Counted from the stretch's first letter, positions 1 to 13,000 are shown. The stretch: DNA of 64,000 bases from Antedon mediterranea (GCF_964355755.1 NC_092670.1:10278795-10342794); one strand, 5' to 3'. Translations and numbers: made by a program. The notes: generated by a model from the letters alone, not told the origin.

Positions 1-396
1 CAGCACCCGAACCAACATCACTGGCATCAATCATCAACGAGAACTGTTTATCAAATTGTGGAGCCATCAACACCGGTTCGTTTGATAACATCGCTTTAAC
101 TTTAATGAATGCATTATTGCATTTCTCCAACCACACAAAGCTCGCATTCTTTTTCAGCAGATTCGTTAATGGAGTTACAAGCGTTGAGAAACTTCTGCAA
201 AAACGTCGATAAAACCCAGCCATTCCCAGGAAACGCATTAACTCCTGCTTACTCTTTGGAACTGGGAAATCACAGACTGCCTTAATCTTAGCACTTAATG
301 GTTTCTCTTTTCCGCAACCAACTTTATGACCTAAGAACACAATTTCTGCACAGGAAAACTCGCTTTTCACCAAATTTACTGTCAACTTCGCAGCTG

Positions 397-2730
397 TCAA
401 CCTGTCAAACAATGCCTTAATTCTCTGCACATGGACATCCCATGTACAGTATCACTATAAACAACCAAATCGTCTATATAAGCTTCACAGCCCTCCAACC
501 CCGAAATTATACCATTAACCAATCTCTGGAACGTGGCTGGTGCATTCTTTAAACCGAAAGGCATGACTTTATACTGATAAAGACCCATAGGAGTTACAAA
601 AGCTGACACTTCTTTCGCACGCTCTGTTAAAGGAATTTGCCAGTAACCCTTTAGAAGATCAAATTTACTGACAAACTTAGCACTACCCACACGATCAATA
701 CAGTCATCTATCCTCGGTATGGGATATGAATCTGTAGTAGATTTGGCATTAACCTTCCGATAATCAGTACAAAAACGATACGATTTATCTGGCTTCGGAA
801 CTAATATACATGGAGAACTCCAAGCACTGCAACTAGGCTCGATTATATCATTCTTAATCATGTAATCAATCTCATTTTGTAATATCTTCATCTTGAACGG
901 ATTTGCTCTATATGGATTTTGTTTTATTGGTGAACAATCAGCTGTCTTAACATCATGCTCCACTAAGTTTGTTCGACCTGGAACATCCAAAAACAGCTGC
1001 AGATTTCCAAATATCAAACTAACAATTTCAACCTTACGATCACGAGATAAATGACCAACTTTATCTTCAATGTTTGCAAGGACATCTGAATTACTGAACT
1101 TAACACATGTATCAGGATCCCCAAACTCTTCAGAATTCTCTTCAACAACACACGCAACTGGTGTTGACGTACAGGTATCAGTATTATTTCTCGCTGTGTA
1201 TGGTTTCAACATGTTTATATGACACAGTCGCTTCTTCTTACGCCTATCTGGAGTATCTAACACATAGTCAACTTCTCCTACTCTTTCTAATACTTTGTAA
1301 GGACCAGCAAATCTTGCAGATAATGGTTGACTGGGAAGAGGCAACATAACTAACACTTCATCACCTGAATTAAAGCTTCTCTTTTCTGATTTCCTATCAA
1401 ACAATCTCTTCATTTTACCCTGAGCCTTCACAAGATTCTTTCTAGCCATCTCACGAGCACGATTTAATCGATCACGAAATTCAGACACATAATCTAGTAT
1501 CGATACAGACTCTTCTGCTTTCCCTAATAGCCTTTCTTTGACTATTTTAAGAGGGCCTCGGACCGAATGACCATACACCAACTCAAATGGGCTAAACCCT
1601 AAGGACTCTTGCACTGTTTCACGAACAGCGAATAACAATAAGGGAACTCCCTCATCCCATTCCTTTTCACATTGAAAACAATAGGTTTTAATCATATTCT
1701 TAAGTGTTTGATGAAATCTCTCAAGTGCCCCTTGAGACTGTAGATGGTAAGCACTTGAACTTATATGGGCAACACCTAACTGCTCTAAGACTTGTTTAAA
1801 TATCTTTGATATGAAGTTTGATCCTTGATCGGACTGAACAGCTTTAGGCAATCCTACCCATGTAAAGAATTTTACCAATGCTTTAACAACATTCTTAGCT
1901 GTAATACGCCTAAGAGGAATCGCTTCTGGAAACCTACTTGATGCACACATTATTGTTAATAGATACTCATTTCCATTTTTAGTACGTGGTAATGGACCCA
2001 CACAATCAACAATAACCCTTGAAAATGGTTCACCGAATGCAGGAATAGGCTTAAGTGGGGCTACTGGAACCTTTTGATTAGGCTTCCCCACTACCTGACA
2101 CGCATGACAGGATTTACAATAGTTAGACACATCTTTTCTAAGACCTGACCAAAAGAAATGCCTGAGAATTTTGTCTACCGTTTTATTGACACCTAAATGC
2201 CCTGAAAGAGGATCATCATGCGCAATACCAATAATATCCTGACGGTATCCACTAGGAATAACTATCTGGTGAATCTCATTCCAAACATCACTACTTGGAA
2301 TATCTGGTGGCCTCCACTTACGCATAAGTATGCCATCCTTTATATAATAACAAACAGGAACAATAGACATTTCCTCTACAGAAAGAGCTTGCTGACCAAA
2401 TGGCACCAAATCAGGATCATTACTCTGCTCTTCCACTAACCTAGACCGATTGAGAACTGTCGGACCGAAATCACACACTTTTGGGTGCTGTTGTTCAGCC
2501 TGGGCAGTGTGTGACTCGGGACCTGAGCAGACAGCCTCTTGGGAAACGCGATCTGTAATTTCTCCGTAAAAACTATCACATAAGTCAATACTCTCATCCT
2601 CATCTATGGTTTTATTTGCCATAGATCGCGTCACCGCACATGATGGAAACACATGTGATAATTCTTTCTCTAAACACACCGTGCTTTCGTCTTCAACAGG
2701 ACTTTTGCACACAACCGGTTCTACTGTCAC
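397..2730 (-). CDS. Gypsy pol, integrase + reverse transcriptase part; frameshifts near 445 and continues in another frame to position 1
   Basis: ORF track 777 aa. After YIDDLVVYSDT the expected WDVHVQRIKALFDRL...LGMAGFYRRF resumes in a shifted frame (about 5 extra nt at 441-450). Confidence 0.92.
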   Translation of the reverse strand: MTVEPVVCKSPVEDESTVCLEKELSHVFPSCAVTRSMANKTIDEDESIDLCDSFYGEITDRVSQEAVCSGPESHTAQAEQQHPKVCDFGPTVLNRSRLVEEQSNDPDLVPFGQQALSVEEMSIVPVCYYIKDGILMRKWRPPDIPSSDVWNEIHQIVIPSGYRQDIIGIAHDDPLSGHLGVNKTVDKILRHFFWSGLRKDVSNYCKSCHACQVVGKPNQKVPVAPLKPIPAFGEPFSRVIVDCVGPLPRTKNGNEYLLTIMCASSRFPEAIPLRRITAKNVVKALVKFFTWVGLPKAVQSDQGSNFISKIFKQVLEQLGVAHISSSAYHLQSQGALERFHQTLKNMIKTYCFQCEKEWDEGVPLLLFAVRETVQESLGFSPFELVYGHSVRGPLKIVKERLLGKAEESVSILDYVSEFRDRLNRAREMARKNLVKAQGKMKRLFDRKSEKRSFNSGDEVLVMLPLPSQPLSARFAGPYKVLERVGEVDYVLDTPDRRKKKRLCHINMLKPYTARNNTDTCTSTPVACVVEENSEEFGDPDTCVKFSNSDVLANIEDKVGHLSRDRKVEIVSLIFGNLQLFLDVPGRTNLVEHDVKTADCSPIKQNPYRANPFKMKILQNEIDYMIKNDIIEPSCSAWSSPCILVPKPDKSYRFCTDYRKVNAKSTTDSYPIPRIDDCIDRVGSAKFVSKFDLLKGYWQIPLTERAKEVSAFVTPMGLYQYKVMPFGLKNAPATFQRLVNGIISGLEGCEAYIDDLVVYSDTVHGMSMCRELRHCLTG

Positions 2731-2733
2731 TCT

Positions 2734-3667
2734 CGCCCGTATTCTTAAACTGGACTTTAGTCGTAGTTCGAAGTTCGACTTGAAAAAGTCGTAGTTCGAG
2801 CTATTACTTCAAATTCGCTTAAAAAACGAAGTAGTCGAAGTTTGCAGTTCGACTTAATGAAGTCGAGCTTTTAGTCGAGTTGCACACGTCTGGGTAACAA
2901 AGGCTATACATTGGCCAATGACAAGAGAGTATTTGAGGAGCAGACGAAATTTTGCGCATTGATATCACCTTCCATTTTCTTACAAAACTTTTTACGCATC
3001 AGGACTATATAGGCCTACATGAAAAATAATTGTAATCGTTAATTATTAGAACAAGATCAGTATTAATTTAACAATGAAGTACTTTTGATTAACAACAAAC
3101 AAAATCTTCAAAATATATTTAGGAACCATGGCGGTACGGTAACTTTCATATTTTCTAGGCCTCCAACAAAGTATGATCGCGACGAACCACGCACTTCCTA
3201 GCGTGACAAGAAAGCGCTAGGCCCCCTAAACATTCCATCGCGTGGTGAATTGCCGCATCTCCCATTTTCGCTATGGCGTGACGTAGTTCAAGTCGGACTT
3301 GCGCGAAGAAAATAATGTAGTTTGTATACGGTTGTAAATAAAGATGATTTTCATTATTATAACTTATACCAATGTATATTTAATTAAGCTAATATAAATA
3401 TAGATATTTCATTCTTCAATATCTGGCCAATATAACAACTCAATGACTGTTACGTTTTTTATAAACATCGTTTAAAAACCATTTAGTCGACCATTTAGCC
3501 TGCCCCCTCCAGGACTAAAAAAATCGATCAAAATCCGTCTCGATTTAGTCGAGGTTGGCCTGATTTAGTCGGTGATTTAGTTGAAGTTCGGTTTATGAAT
3601 TAAAATGACGTCATTTTTTTAGTTTTAGCTCGAACTACGACTAAAGTCCGGTTTAAGAATACGGGCG
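2734..3667. mobile_element. Non-autonomous TIR element (PIF/Harbinger-like MITE), copy 1, inserted in Gypsy pol
   Basis: TIR CGCCCGTATTCTTAAAC(T/C)GGACTTTAGTCGTAGTTCGA at both ends; 3-bp TSD TCT (2731-2733 / 3668-3670). Confidence 0.92.
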
Positions 3668-5164
3668 TCTGTCTCCGGCCAAATCATTCCCCAAAAGGAG
3701 TGTGACACCCCATACTGGAAGACTCGGAACGACACCGACAACAAAATCTCCGCTAACAATATCTGTTTCAATCCGAATTACATGAAGTGGGACTTCCTTA
3801 TAACCCCCTTCAACACCTTGAATGAGCACACTTGCTCCAGCAGAAGACTCGTTTGAAAATGACAATGCCGATTCTATTATCAGGGATTGTGACGCCCCTG
3901 TGTCTCTTAAGACACGAACTTTACTCAGATTCACATCGTTGATCAATGCTACAGAACCAGTAGAGAGGAAAGGCTTAAATAGCTTTCGCACTTTTTCCGG
4001 ACCTGAAGATTGGATCAACTTCTCACATTCATCAACGTCATGACTCGCTGTCACTTTCAACGGGACTGTATTTACTAACGTGTTTGGAAGTGATTGGGGT
4101 TTCTTATTATCCCCTTTAGATTTGCTTTGAAACAGCCAGCAATCTGCCTTTATATGACCCTTTTTCTTGCAGTAAAAACAAGTTCTGACAAATTTACTAC
4201 TACTATTAACTGTAGTTTTCTGACTTTGGACCTTAGAATCATCAACAGATTTGGAAACCGATTTGGCATCCACCACCTTGTGCGTGAGCACATAATTATC
4301 GGCAACAGAAGCCGCTTTCATTAAATTATCAACTTTCTGCTCCTCTAGATGTGTACGAACTTCAGTAGGGGAACAAGATTTAAACTCCTCAACTAACATA
4401 AGCTCACGAAGCTTTCCAAATTCACCCTTTACTTCTTCCGAACTACACCATCTATCAAAAAGAATCTGCTTCTTACGTGCAAATTCTGTAAACGTTTGAT
4501 CATAAGGTTTACCTAAGTTCCTAAATTTCTGACGATACGCCTCTGGAACTAACTCATAAGCTGACAAAACAGCAGTTTTAACCGCATCATAGCTTTCACA
4601 TTGATCATCAGCCAATGCAGAAAATACCTCTTGGGCTTTACCCACAAGAGCAGTTTGTAACAACACAGTCCAGTGTCTAGCAGGCCACTTTAATCTATTA
4701 GCAATTTTCTCAAAAGCTAAAAAATATGTCTCTACCTCGTCCTCATTAAACTTGGGAACCCATTTAATATTCTGAGTAATCTCTGAATCATTAGGTGTAG
4801 CAACCCGTGTGGTGTGACCCATTTGGTTAGCTAATTCTAATTTCCTTAACTCAAATTCATGTTTTTCTTTTTCCATTTCTCTTTGAGTTTGCATCTCTAT
4901 TTTTCTTCTTTCAAAAATCAATTTTTCACGTTCCAACTCAATTCTAGCCAACTCGACCTCATTCCCCGCAGTTTTTACGGATTCATGAGTAATTAAACCA
5001 ACATGATTTCCAATCACATTTATCAAGTCATATTTATTCATGGAATCATTTATAGATGCTCCAACCCTAGTACCCAGGAGTCGCAAACGCTCCTCTGATA
5101 GCTGAGCTACCACCTCAATGGACATGCTATCCAAAAAGTCCTCGTCAAAATCACTTTCTGACAT
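3668..5164 (-). CDS. Gypsy gag-protease part
   Basis: Within ORF 3653..5296; likely ATG at 5164 (MSESDF); VPKFNEDEVETYF..FEKIA gag motif, zinc knuckle, DTGA protease; cut at LGNDLAGDR by a MITE. Confidence 0.9.
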
Positions 5165-5490
5165 AGTTTCTATTTGAAACAAACAAACAAAAACACAGGT
5201 TAAAATAATAACCAATATGACGATAATTAAGGCACCAGTAATGAAATACCTGCCAAGCCCACACAATATTAAACCTACCGTGCGCCGTGGTCTCAATAAC
5301 TATAGACCCCTAAAATCAAAGCCAAACAGACTTCTAGTATCATAGCAAGTAGCAAGCCTACACAAGCCTAAAACAACAACACAGTGTACTGGCTCGACGA
5401 CCGCCAAACCTCGTTCGTTATAAAACGCCTCTAAACCTAAAACCAGCTTAGAATAAGTAACTAAAATTACCACTACAATTCCGCACTTTG

Positions 5491-5508
5491 TTCCCGGATG
5501 ACCCCCCA
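5491..5508 (-). promoter_or_regulatory. Primer binding site, tRNA-Pro type
   Basis: Minus strand TGGGGGGTCATCCGGGAA versus the canonical tRNA-Pro PBS TGGGGGCTCGTCCGGGAT; immediately after the LTR CA end. Confidence 0.8.
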
Positions 5509-5511
5509 ATT

Positions 5512-5633
5512 TGTTACGGGCTCGCTCGTTAGGAAGAAACCAACAATAAGAACATAACAAAACACGTTGTAGTTGTCGTCCATCTTTATTCATCTCCTTT
5601 CTTTTACTCTAGAGGGCTCACTTCCGTGTGACA
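5512..5633 (-). repeat. Putative 5' LTR of the Gypsy element (~122 bp)
   Basis: Minus strand begins TGTCAC and ends GTAACA (inverted termini), contains AATAAA, and is followed 3 nt later by the PBS. The partner LTR is outside the window. Confidence 0.7.
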
Positions 5634-5651
5634 AACCCATCACAGTACTAA

Positions 5652-6578
5652 CGCCCGTATTCTTAAACCGGACTTTAGTCGTAGTTCGAAGTTCGATTTG
5701 GAAAAGTCGTAGTTCGAGCTATTACTTCAAATTCGATTCAAAAACGAAGTAGTCGAAGTTTGCAGTTCGACTTAATGAAGTCGAGCTTTTAGTCGAGTTG
5801 CACACGTCTGGGTAACAAAGGCTATACATTGGCCAATGACAAGAGAGTATTTGAGGAGCAGACAAAATTTTGCGCATTGATATCACTTTCCATTTCTTAC
5901 AACACTTTTTACGCATCAGGACTATATACATGAAAAATAATTTTAATCGTTAATTATTAGAACAATATCAGTATTAATTTAAAAGTGAAGTATATTTGAT
6001 TAACAACAAATAAAATCTTCAAAATATATTTAGGAACCATGGCGGTACGGTAACTTTTATATTTTCTAGGCCTCCAACAAAGTATGATCGCCACGAACCA
6101 CGCACTTCATAGCGTGACAAGAAAGCGCTAGGCCCCCTAAACATTCCATCGCGTGGTGAATCGCCGCATCTCCCATTGTCGCTATGGCGTGACGTAGCTC
6201 AAGTCGGACTTGCGCGAAGAAAATAATGTAATTTGTATATAGTTGTAAATAAAGATGATTTTCATTATTATAATTTATACCAATGTATATTTAATTAAGC
6301 TAATATAAATATAGATATTTCATTCTTCAATATCTGGCCAATATAACAACTCAATGACTGTTACGTTTTTTATAAACATCGTTTAAAAAACATTTAGTCG
6401 ACCATTTAGTCTGCCCCCTCCAGGACTAAAAAAATCGATCAAAATCCGTCTCGATTTAGTCGAGGTTGGCCTGATTTAGTCGGTGATTTAGTTGAAGTTC
6501 GGTTTATGAATTAAAATGACGTCATTTTTTTAGTTTTAGCTTGAACTACCACTAAAGTCCGGTTTAAGAATACGGGCG
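5652..6578. mobile_element. Same MITE family, copy 2
   Basis: Near-identical to 2734-3667; TSD TAA (5649-5651 / 6579-6581); empty site visible in the paralogous intron near 20338-20360 (agtactaagtgtgtataaggcct). Confidence 0.92.
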
Positions 6579-6668
6579 TAAGGGTCTATAAGGCCTACAA
6601 AAAATGTTAATTCTTTGTATACTTTAAATGTGTTTTTTAGTGTAAAAATTGATTAAAGATATACTAAC

Positions 6669-9600
6669 CTGCCGTTCCTGTGTATCCACTAATTGTCAAA
6701 ACATAGTTAGAGTCCTCAGTACCAACATGGAAGTGAGAATATCTTGCAAACTTTGTTACATCCAAGTGGTCCGTCATCTCTACTAAGAGCTCAAAACTGC
6801 CATGGGAAGTTATACGGTTGATCTGTTCATTACCAAGCCAGAACTCTGTGTTCAAATTTCCAAAACCCTCTTTGTATTGCGACCAATTACGGTTGAAATT
6901 AACTGATCCATCTTCTCTTCTCTGTATCACCTGATAATGAAAGGATAGTAATCTATACTCTATTTTCTAAAACACCGATTTCAAGTTCATCAACTGGAGT
7001 AAATAGAAATAAATGAATTAAGAACCTGAATATTAATATTACTATGAGGTTACGTCAATATTTAACAATTTAATTTTGATGTTCCTCGATTTGATTTGAT
7101 TATACTCATTTTACAATAATTATGCAAGTTTTTGAACATTTAGTGTGATTGTTCTTGTATTATGTTTAGATCATCATAGTTTTGTTGGTTTTACATGTGA
7201 CCTCCAGGCAACGCTTTACTCACTCGATCTGCATGTCCGTAGGTATAGTTTTTTAGATTGATTTTTTCATTAATTTCTGTTGAACAAAATGGTAAATCTA
7301 AAGTTATGTTTTTAATAAAGCCGAATATTATTAAGAATTGTTCATTTGCAATAGGCTATTTATCCACCAATATGCAAGTTTTAAACATGCCTAACAACTG
7401 TTCACTTAACTATGTTGTGCAAATGAGTAGAATGTTGACGTCATTCGTTAAAGTTCCCTATTTTATTCTTGCCATCATCTAAAGGTCAACATCGCCTTCT
7501 ATCTATTTTCAAGACGTAAGGAGTGCAGGGTGTGACGTCATATGTGAGATGTGCTCCTTCAGATGTATTTACATAAATTGTTGCCAATACTTACTGTCCA
7601 TCCTGCATCACTTCTCATGTCACAGTACACAGTAATTTGTGGTCCTCCATCACATAGCTGTATCACATATTCACCACTCACAGCAGAAGGATTATTTTGT
7701 AAAATGTTACTACACTCCCTCATAAAACACTCTAAAATTACAAAATTTGAAGATCACATATTAGATATAACATTGAAATAAGCCTATACATTGAATGAAA
7801 CGTCCATTTGGTTATAAGATTGATTTTATAGTAGGTCAATACAACAGAAAGTACTTTAAGAATATTAAAGAGAACATTTCCTATAGGCAAATTCAACAGA
7901 AACAAAATGTCACTGCCAGCAGCCAATCACTAATAATAAAAGTGAACCTCCATATGAAAAATAAATTTATTTAATAATAAATTGTATACTTACTTGTTTT
8001 GGGAATCAGTGGCCAGGACATGAAGAAAAATGAAATATAAAATAATTAACATAATGACCGTATATAGATAGAATGCCGCTATTACAGTAATTTAATAACT
8101 ACAGACTATAGTTTTGGAGAGAGAGAGAGAGAGAAGAGGAACAGCATTTGACAGTAGTTGAAATAGTGAACTTCCTATTGAGAGTGACCACACGATAATG
8201 TAGGTGCATCACATTGGCCAATTGGTGTAGATATGCTAGTTTAAAGTCGCATCCAAAGACATTATTTTTTATCATACGTCCACTACACAGTCATGCATCA
8301 TGCCTGCGTAGAAATGTATTCTGATCATGAATGTATAAATTTATGACTATTGAGCCCATTATTATTTATAATTTATTTAAACGTAATTGCTTTTTGTGCT
8401 GATAGTTTTTAATTTATTTACACCAATAGTAGTCTCACCATGACAGTAAATCAAGAACTAAATAAAGTTTCTTCTTTCAAATAATTTTTTTCTTTTGGAT
8501 GATCCAAAAGAACAAAATATTTGAATACTATACAGAGATCCAGATGAACGTTTTTACTACTTTTTGCTTAAAATCTAATAATGTATCACCCAATATACTT
8601 ACAACAAATGATATCATGTGTAGTAGACAACACATAACAATATTCAAATTATGATTGACAATATTGCTATTTCACAGGTTTCTCATTAAAATTAAAGATG
8701 AAACACTAACATTCCAAAGTATATATATATTTTTTTTAAATTGTATAATTTTGCTATTGAAAAAAATGAAAAAATTAGTTTTTTTACATCAATTTAGTCT
8801 TTTATTTACAAATCAAAATATTATTGAACCTTTGAAACACTGTTGAAGTTTAGGTCAAGTGAAAATATTAAAATTCTTAAAATAATATAAAGTATTATTT
8901 ATGAAATTAATTATTCAAAGAGTTATAAAGAGAAGCAATAATTGTTAAATGTTATCAAAGTAATTTATTTATTTAAAAAAAGTTATGTTTCGTATAAATA
9001 AATCTTCAAGCTATTAACACATTTAAGGCGAATCTTTAAAAATTGACATTGGCATTTGACGTCTGAATTTCTTTTAGTGGATCCAAGTTGAAACTGAAAT
9101 TTTCTTCTATCTTTTTTTTTGTCTTAATAATTTTGCATCTGATTTATAAAGGTTCACAAAGAATGAAATCTACCAAGTGAAAAAAAAACTTGTTTAAATC
9201 TATTGCAATTGAATATCTTTAAGAACAGTTGAAAAGTAAGTTTTGAAAATACAGATTTTGGAATCATTATTTCAGTAATATAACACTAAAATGAGGAGAA
9301 AAACCCAACCAAAATTTCTCAGAAGTGACAATTATGAATTTTTAAATAAAAATTATGTATGAATATGAATATGAAATTAATAAAGTCACAATTTTAATAA
9401 AATATTTGAATATGAACAAACTCGCCATTTCTTGAAGTGCCCTTTTAAACTATAGTAGGCTTAGTCCTAGGAAAAACCCATACCAGCATTTGTTATTTAT
9501 CCTTTATGAATTTTAAATGGTAAAATAAATTGATACTTGACTCTTTTATATTGATAGAAATATTTTTCTATTTTATATATGGATTTAATTGATATTTGGA

Positions 9601-10068
9601 TTTAAGTGATTCCTCTTAATATTTTAGTTCATTACTTTTATGTAGGCCTACTTCAGGAGCCAACAAAATTCAATAGGCGTTTCCCCAAAACCATGTTTTG
9701 TTAAATATTACGTACGTTGTTCATTCCATCAGTACACTAAATCAGAAAATTTAACTCACCCTTTCGATGTAACTAAACGCAGGCTTTTGAATTATGTTGT
9801 TTTCGTATTTTTTGTTTTTTGTTGTTGATGCTTCTTCCAGTATTTGCTTATTGATTTGACAAACATGATCTGTCTGGTTATAGTTGACCGACAAGCAGTA
9901 TGATTTGTCGGAACATTCCAGCAAACAATTTACACGGCTTATATTCTTCAACTCATAACTCCAACCATCAAGAGCCTGCCCCTGGATAACTGTATAGAAT
10001 AAATTGGTCGAAAGAACGACAATAGGCAGAAGATTAAGAACGACAACCAAAGTTGCAAACGTATGCAT
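6669..10068 (-). CDS. PAN/Apple + fibrinogen C-terminal (FReD) gene, copy 1; exons 10068-9760, 7731-7595, 6930-6669; last exon not in the window
   Basis: Hydrophobic leader MHTFATLVVVLNLLPIVVLS; PAN-like C..C...CLSVNY....CQ; FReD motifs VYCDM...GWT|VIQRREDGSVNF, EFWLGNE; GT-AG boundaries. The downstream intron holds the Gypsy insertion. Confidence 0.85.
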
Positions 10069-13000
10069 TGCGGCGTTTTGGAAATACGTATTGACAAAAT
10101 AAAATGTATGATGTGCCTTCAAATGCAACTTGTCGTACACCAATATTTGTGGTAATAAGGAACTACTGTACGTTTTCATCTTCTGATGTGCGTATTATAG
10201 ATGTTCCATCCAAGTATAATACAATAGAACTTTGTCTGCACCAATCAAAAACGTGTTAGTAATAATAAGGTGTAATTACATAACAATGTATGAACAAACT
10301 TGATGCTTTTTTTCTAATAGCCTATCAAATTGAACCATTAAATGCATGGAGTTATAGTTTTTTAATTATTATTAAATAAATTAAAGAAATTATCATTAAA
10401 TCATAACTTAAAGCAAAAGAGGACACATCCATCATTTTATCAGTTGACATAGAGTTCTGCGATGCTGACGTCACAACAGTAGGTGGCGCTGCGTGGTTGC
10501 TAGCCAACCAAAAAATGCGTTCAACCTGACTGAGTGACTCCAAGGTCACCACATAAAATGTAAACATATAAAGGATTATTGTCCTTTACTGAATTTTCTT
10601 CTTTCAATCTTTATAATATTATATAGTATTATATGGTGATGCTATTAAATGACATAAAATGTAAACATATATAAAGGATTATTGTCAAGTTTACTGAATT
10701 TTCTTCTTTCAATCTTTATAATAGGATAGTATTATATGGTGATGCTATTAAAATTCAAACATATTGTAATGTTTGTCTTCCACTTGTCTCTATTCTTAGA
10801 TATTATTATTTAAAACATGCTCTCTGCATGTAGAATAATAGCATCTGCATAGTTTAGTATCTTGTTTGAAAATGAAGGTTAATGTAGTGAAATGATAAAC
10901 ATTATTACACTACAAATCAATATTTAGAGTAACCATGAGGTGACTTTGGTATTGACACAGAGGGACAGGTGTAAGCTCCTATTTTTCACGCTGCTGCTCT
11001 AGCCCGCTACGTCACACGAGATGACTCATTCATTAGATGAAATCAAGCAGCAGTAATAGTACTACACTTTGACATTTTTGTTAAAATGGAAACTCGACTA
11101 TAATTTATAGGTACTGTACCTGCACCTGTTGAATCCAAAAAACGGCTGGGAAATGACAAATCCCAAAGCATTTCTGGTATTTATGAGTCCCATGATATTA
11201 CTATAATTCACTGTCAGATAATCATTGAATTATTATCAAAACAGTCCATTGAAGTTTTTGTTTGTAATAGGATACTTGAAGTATCTAGGCTTGATGAAGT
11301 GACCCCCAGACTTGACCTTAGCAATAACAATAAGCAAGCAGCGTTTTTTGTAAGAAATATTCTTGTTTAAAACTGTAATTGGCTGAATCACGATTTAAAA
11401 GAATATGTGTGTTTTAATCATTGACAGTACCCAAATGACTACAATTTAATTGTTAAGTTCAAAGTATGGAACCTGCAAAGTAATATTTTCACCCGTATTT
11501 TCATTACAGTAAAGTGTTTGTACTGTTTTCTTAATTATCAGTACAATTAAATCAATTAGTGTATGTCAATGGTAAAAGTTGAAATGAAATATGGTGACCA
11601 ATTAATACAGAAACAGGAAGTTCCTAAGTCCTGTTGGGCTATGTTTGTGTCCAGTTGTGACACTTTTATCCTAAATTTCGTCAGTCTATCTTGAGATCTG
11701 ATCGAGAAGCCTCAGAAAAAGGGTATGTTTTACTTTACTTTTGTATTATATTTTGTTAATTTTATGCTTAGGATTTAGATTTTTTTTTGGCTAAGCTCTT
11801 AGACTGAATTGAATTTATATTTTGTAGACTAAGTTTTATTTCTTTTTAACTATTATTTGCTTGTTAACAAATAATTGACGTCACTGTCATGCACAATAAT
11901 GATTGATAGGCACACGCCAGTTAAATTATATATTTACTGCCAAGAAAGGTGTAGTGTAGTGCAGGTTTATCAAGTATCAATTTATTTTGAGCCTTTGTAT
12001 TTTTAGTTAAGACTTTTTATGTTGTTATTCTTAGTTTAAGTATACTTTTGAGACTTCATTGCTCAAATGTATTTATTTTTAATCTATACATTTAAAGGTA
12101 CTCTTTAATTAACTTGCATAGTGTAAAGAAGCTGAATCTATAACTTTTTGTTATAATGACCAACAAAATGAGTTTGTCAGTCCTATCAAATATGTTGAAG
12201 TATTGCAAAATATTCACTTGATTTATTTTAGGCTGTATGTGGTATATACGAACATGAAATAAGACTTCGTATGAGGCCAGTGCCAAGAGAGCCACTGAGT
12301 TGGTAAGACATTAAGATATAATTGTTAATTACAAGTTATATAAGTGTAATGTGGTCGTTTTCTAAAGAGAATTGGAAATCCTTTATTTTCACGAATAATT
12401 GTATTTTGATATTTATAGTTATGCATTGCTGCTCAAATTTAATTTAGTTTATTAAGTTTATTATATATCCTTAATTACATTTTTTGCATGGAGTTTATTA
12501 CCTTGTATTATATATTTTCAGTTTTTTCGTTTTGCTGTATTTCTTGTTATTCAAATAAAATCATATGAACCCAACAGTACTTTGCCGTTTCTTTTTGTGA
12601 CATCCGACCATGCCCTGTAATATCCCGTATTACTACAAAATGTATTGTAGATGGAGAAGCATTCTATATACTTAAGTTTAGAGTTTACGATTTTTAATTT
12701 TCTTTTTCTATTTATACGTTTATTAATATGGATGATATTTCCGAAATAAAAAGAAATTGAATTGAATTGAATTGAATTAACATTAATTAATTTTCCATAT
12801 GTTGTTTTCACATAGCTACCACAGTATTATTTAATACACTGCACTCTCCTCACCTCTGCTGGCTTGATGACAACTTAAGCAAAAAAAACCAACCACCTGA
12901 CATGTTTTAACTTCAGATGTTGACTTGTCTAATGGCATTGTCTAGTTAGGAATCAAAAATTAATATAGTACAATGTTGTATATATGATCTAGAAAAGTTG

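Larger units (their letters stand above)
1..5633 (-). mobile_element. Gypsy/Ty3 LTR retrotransposon of the Gmr1-like type (gag-PR-IN-RT-RH order); 3' end runs off the left edge
   Basis: Gag with CCHC knuckle CFYCKKKGHIKADC; protease LRDTGA; integrase HHCC (HDDPLSGH..CHAC), D-D-E (VDCVG/SDQGS/LERF) and GPY motif; then RT (FDLLKGYWQ, MPFGLKNAP, YIDD); RNase H start (IDASDVG) at 1-45; LTR and PBS upstream of gag. Confidence 0.95.

Noticed and set aside
2734-6578. The two ~930-bp direct repeats as LTRs flanking gag
   Set aside because: Each has its own TIRs and TSD, no TG..CA ends, and one interrupts the polyprotein.
7258-8846. Short AT-rich ORFs here and elsewhere, and antisense ORFs (e.g. 15584-16027, 34599-35000)
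   Set aside because: No recognisable motifs; shadows of real coding frames or chance ORFs.
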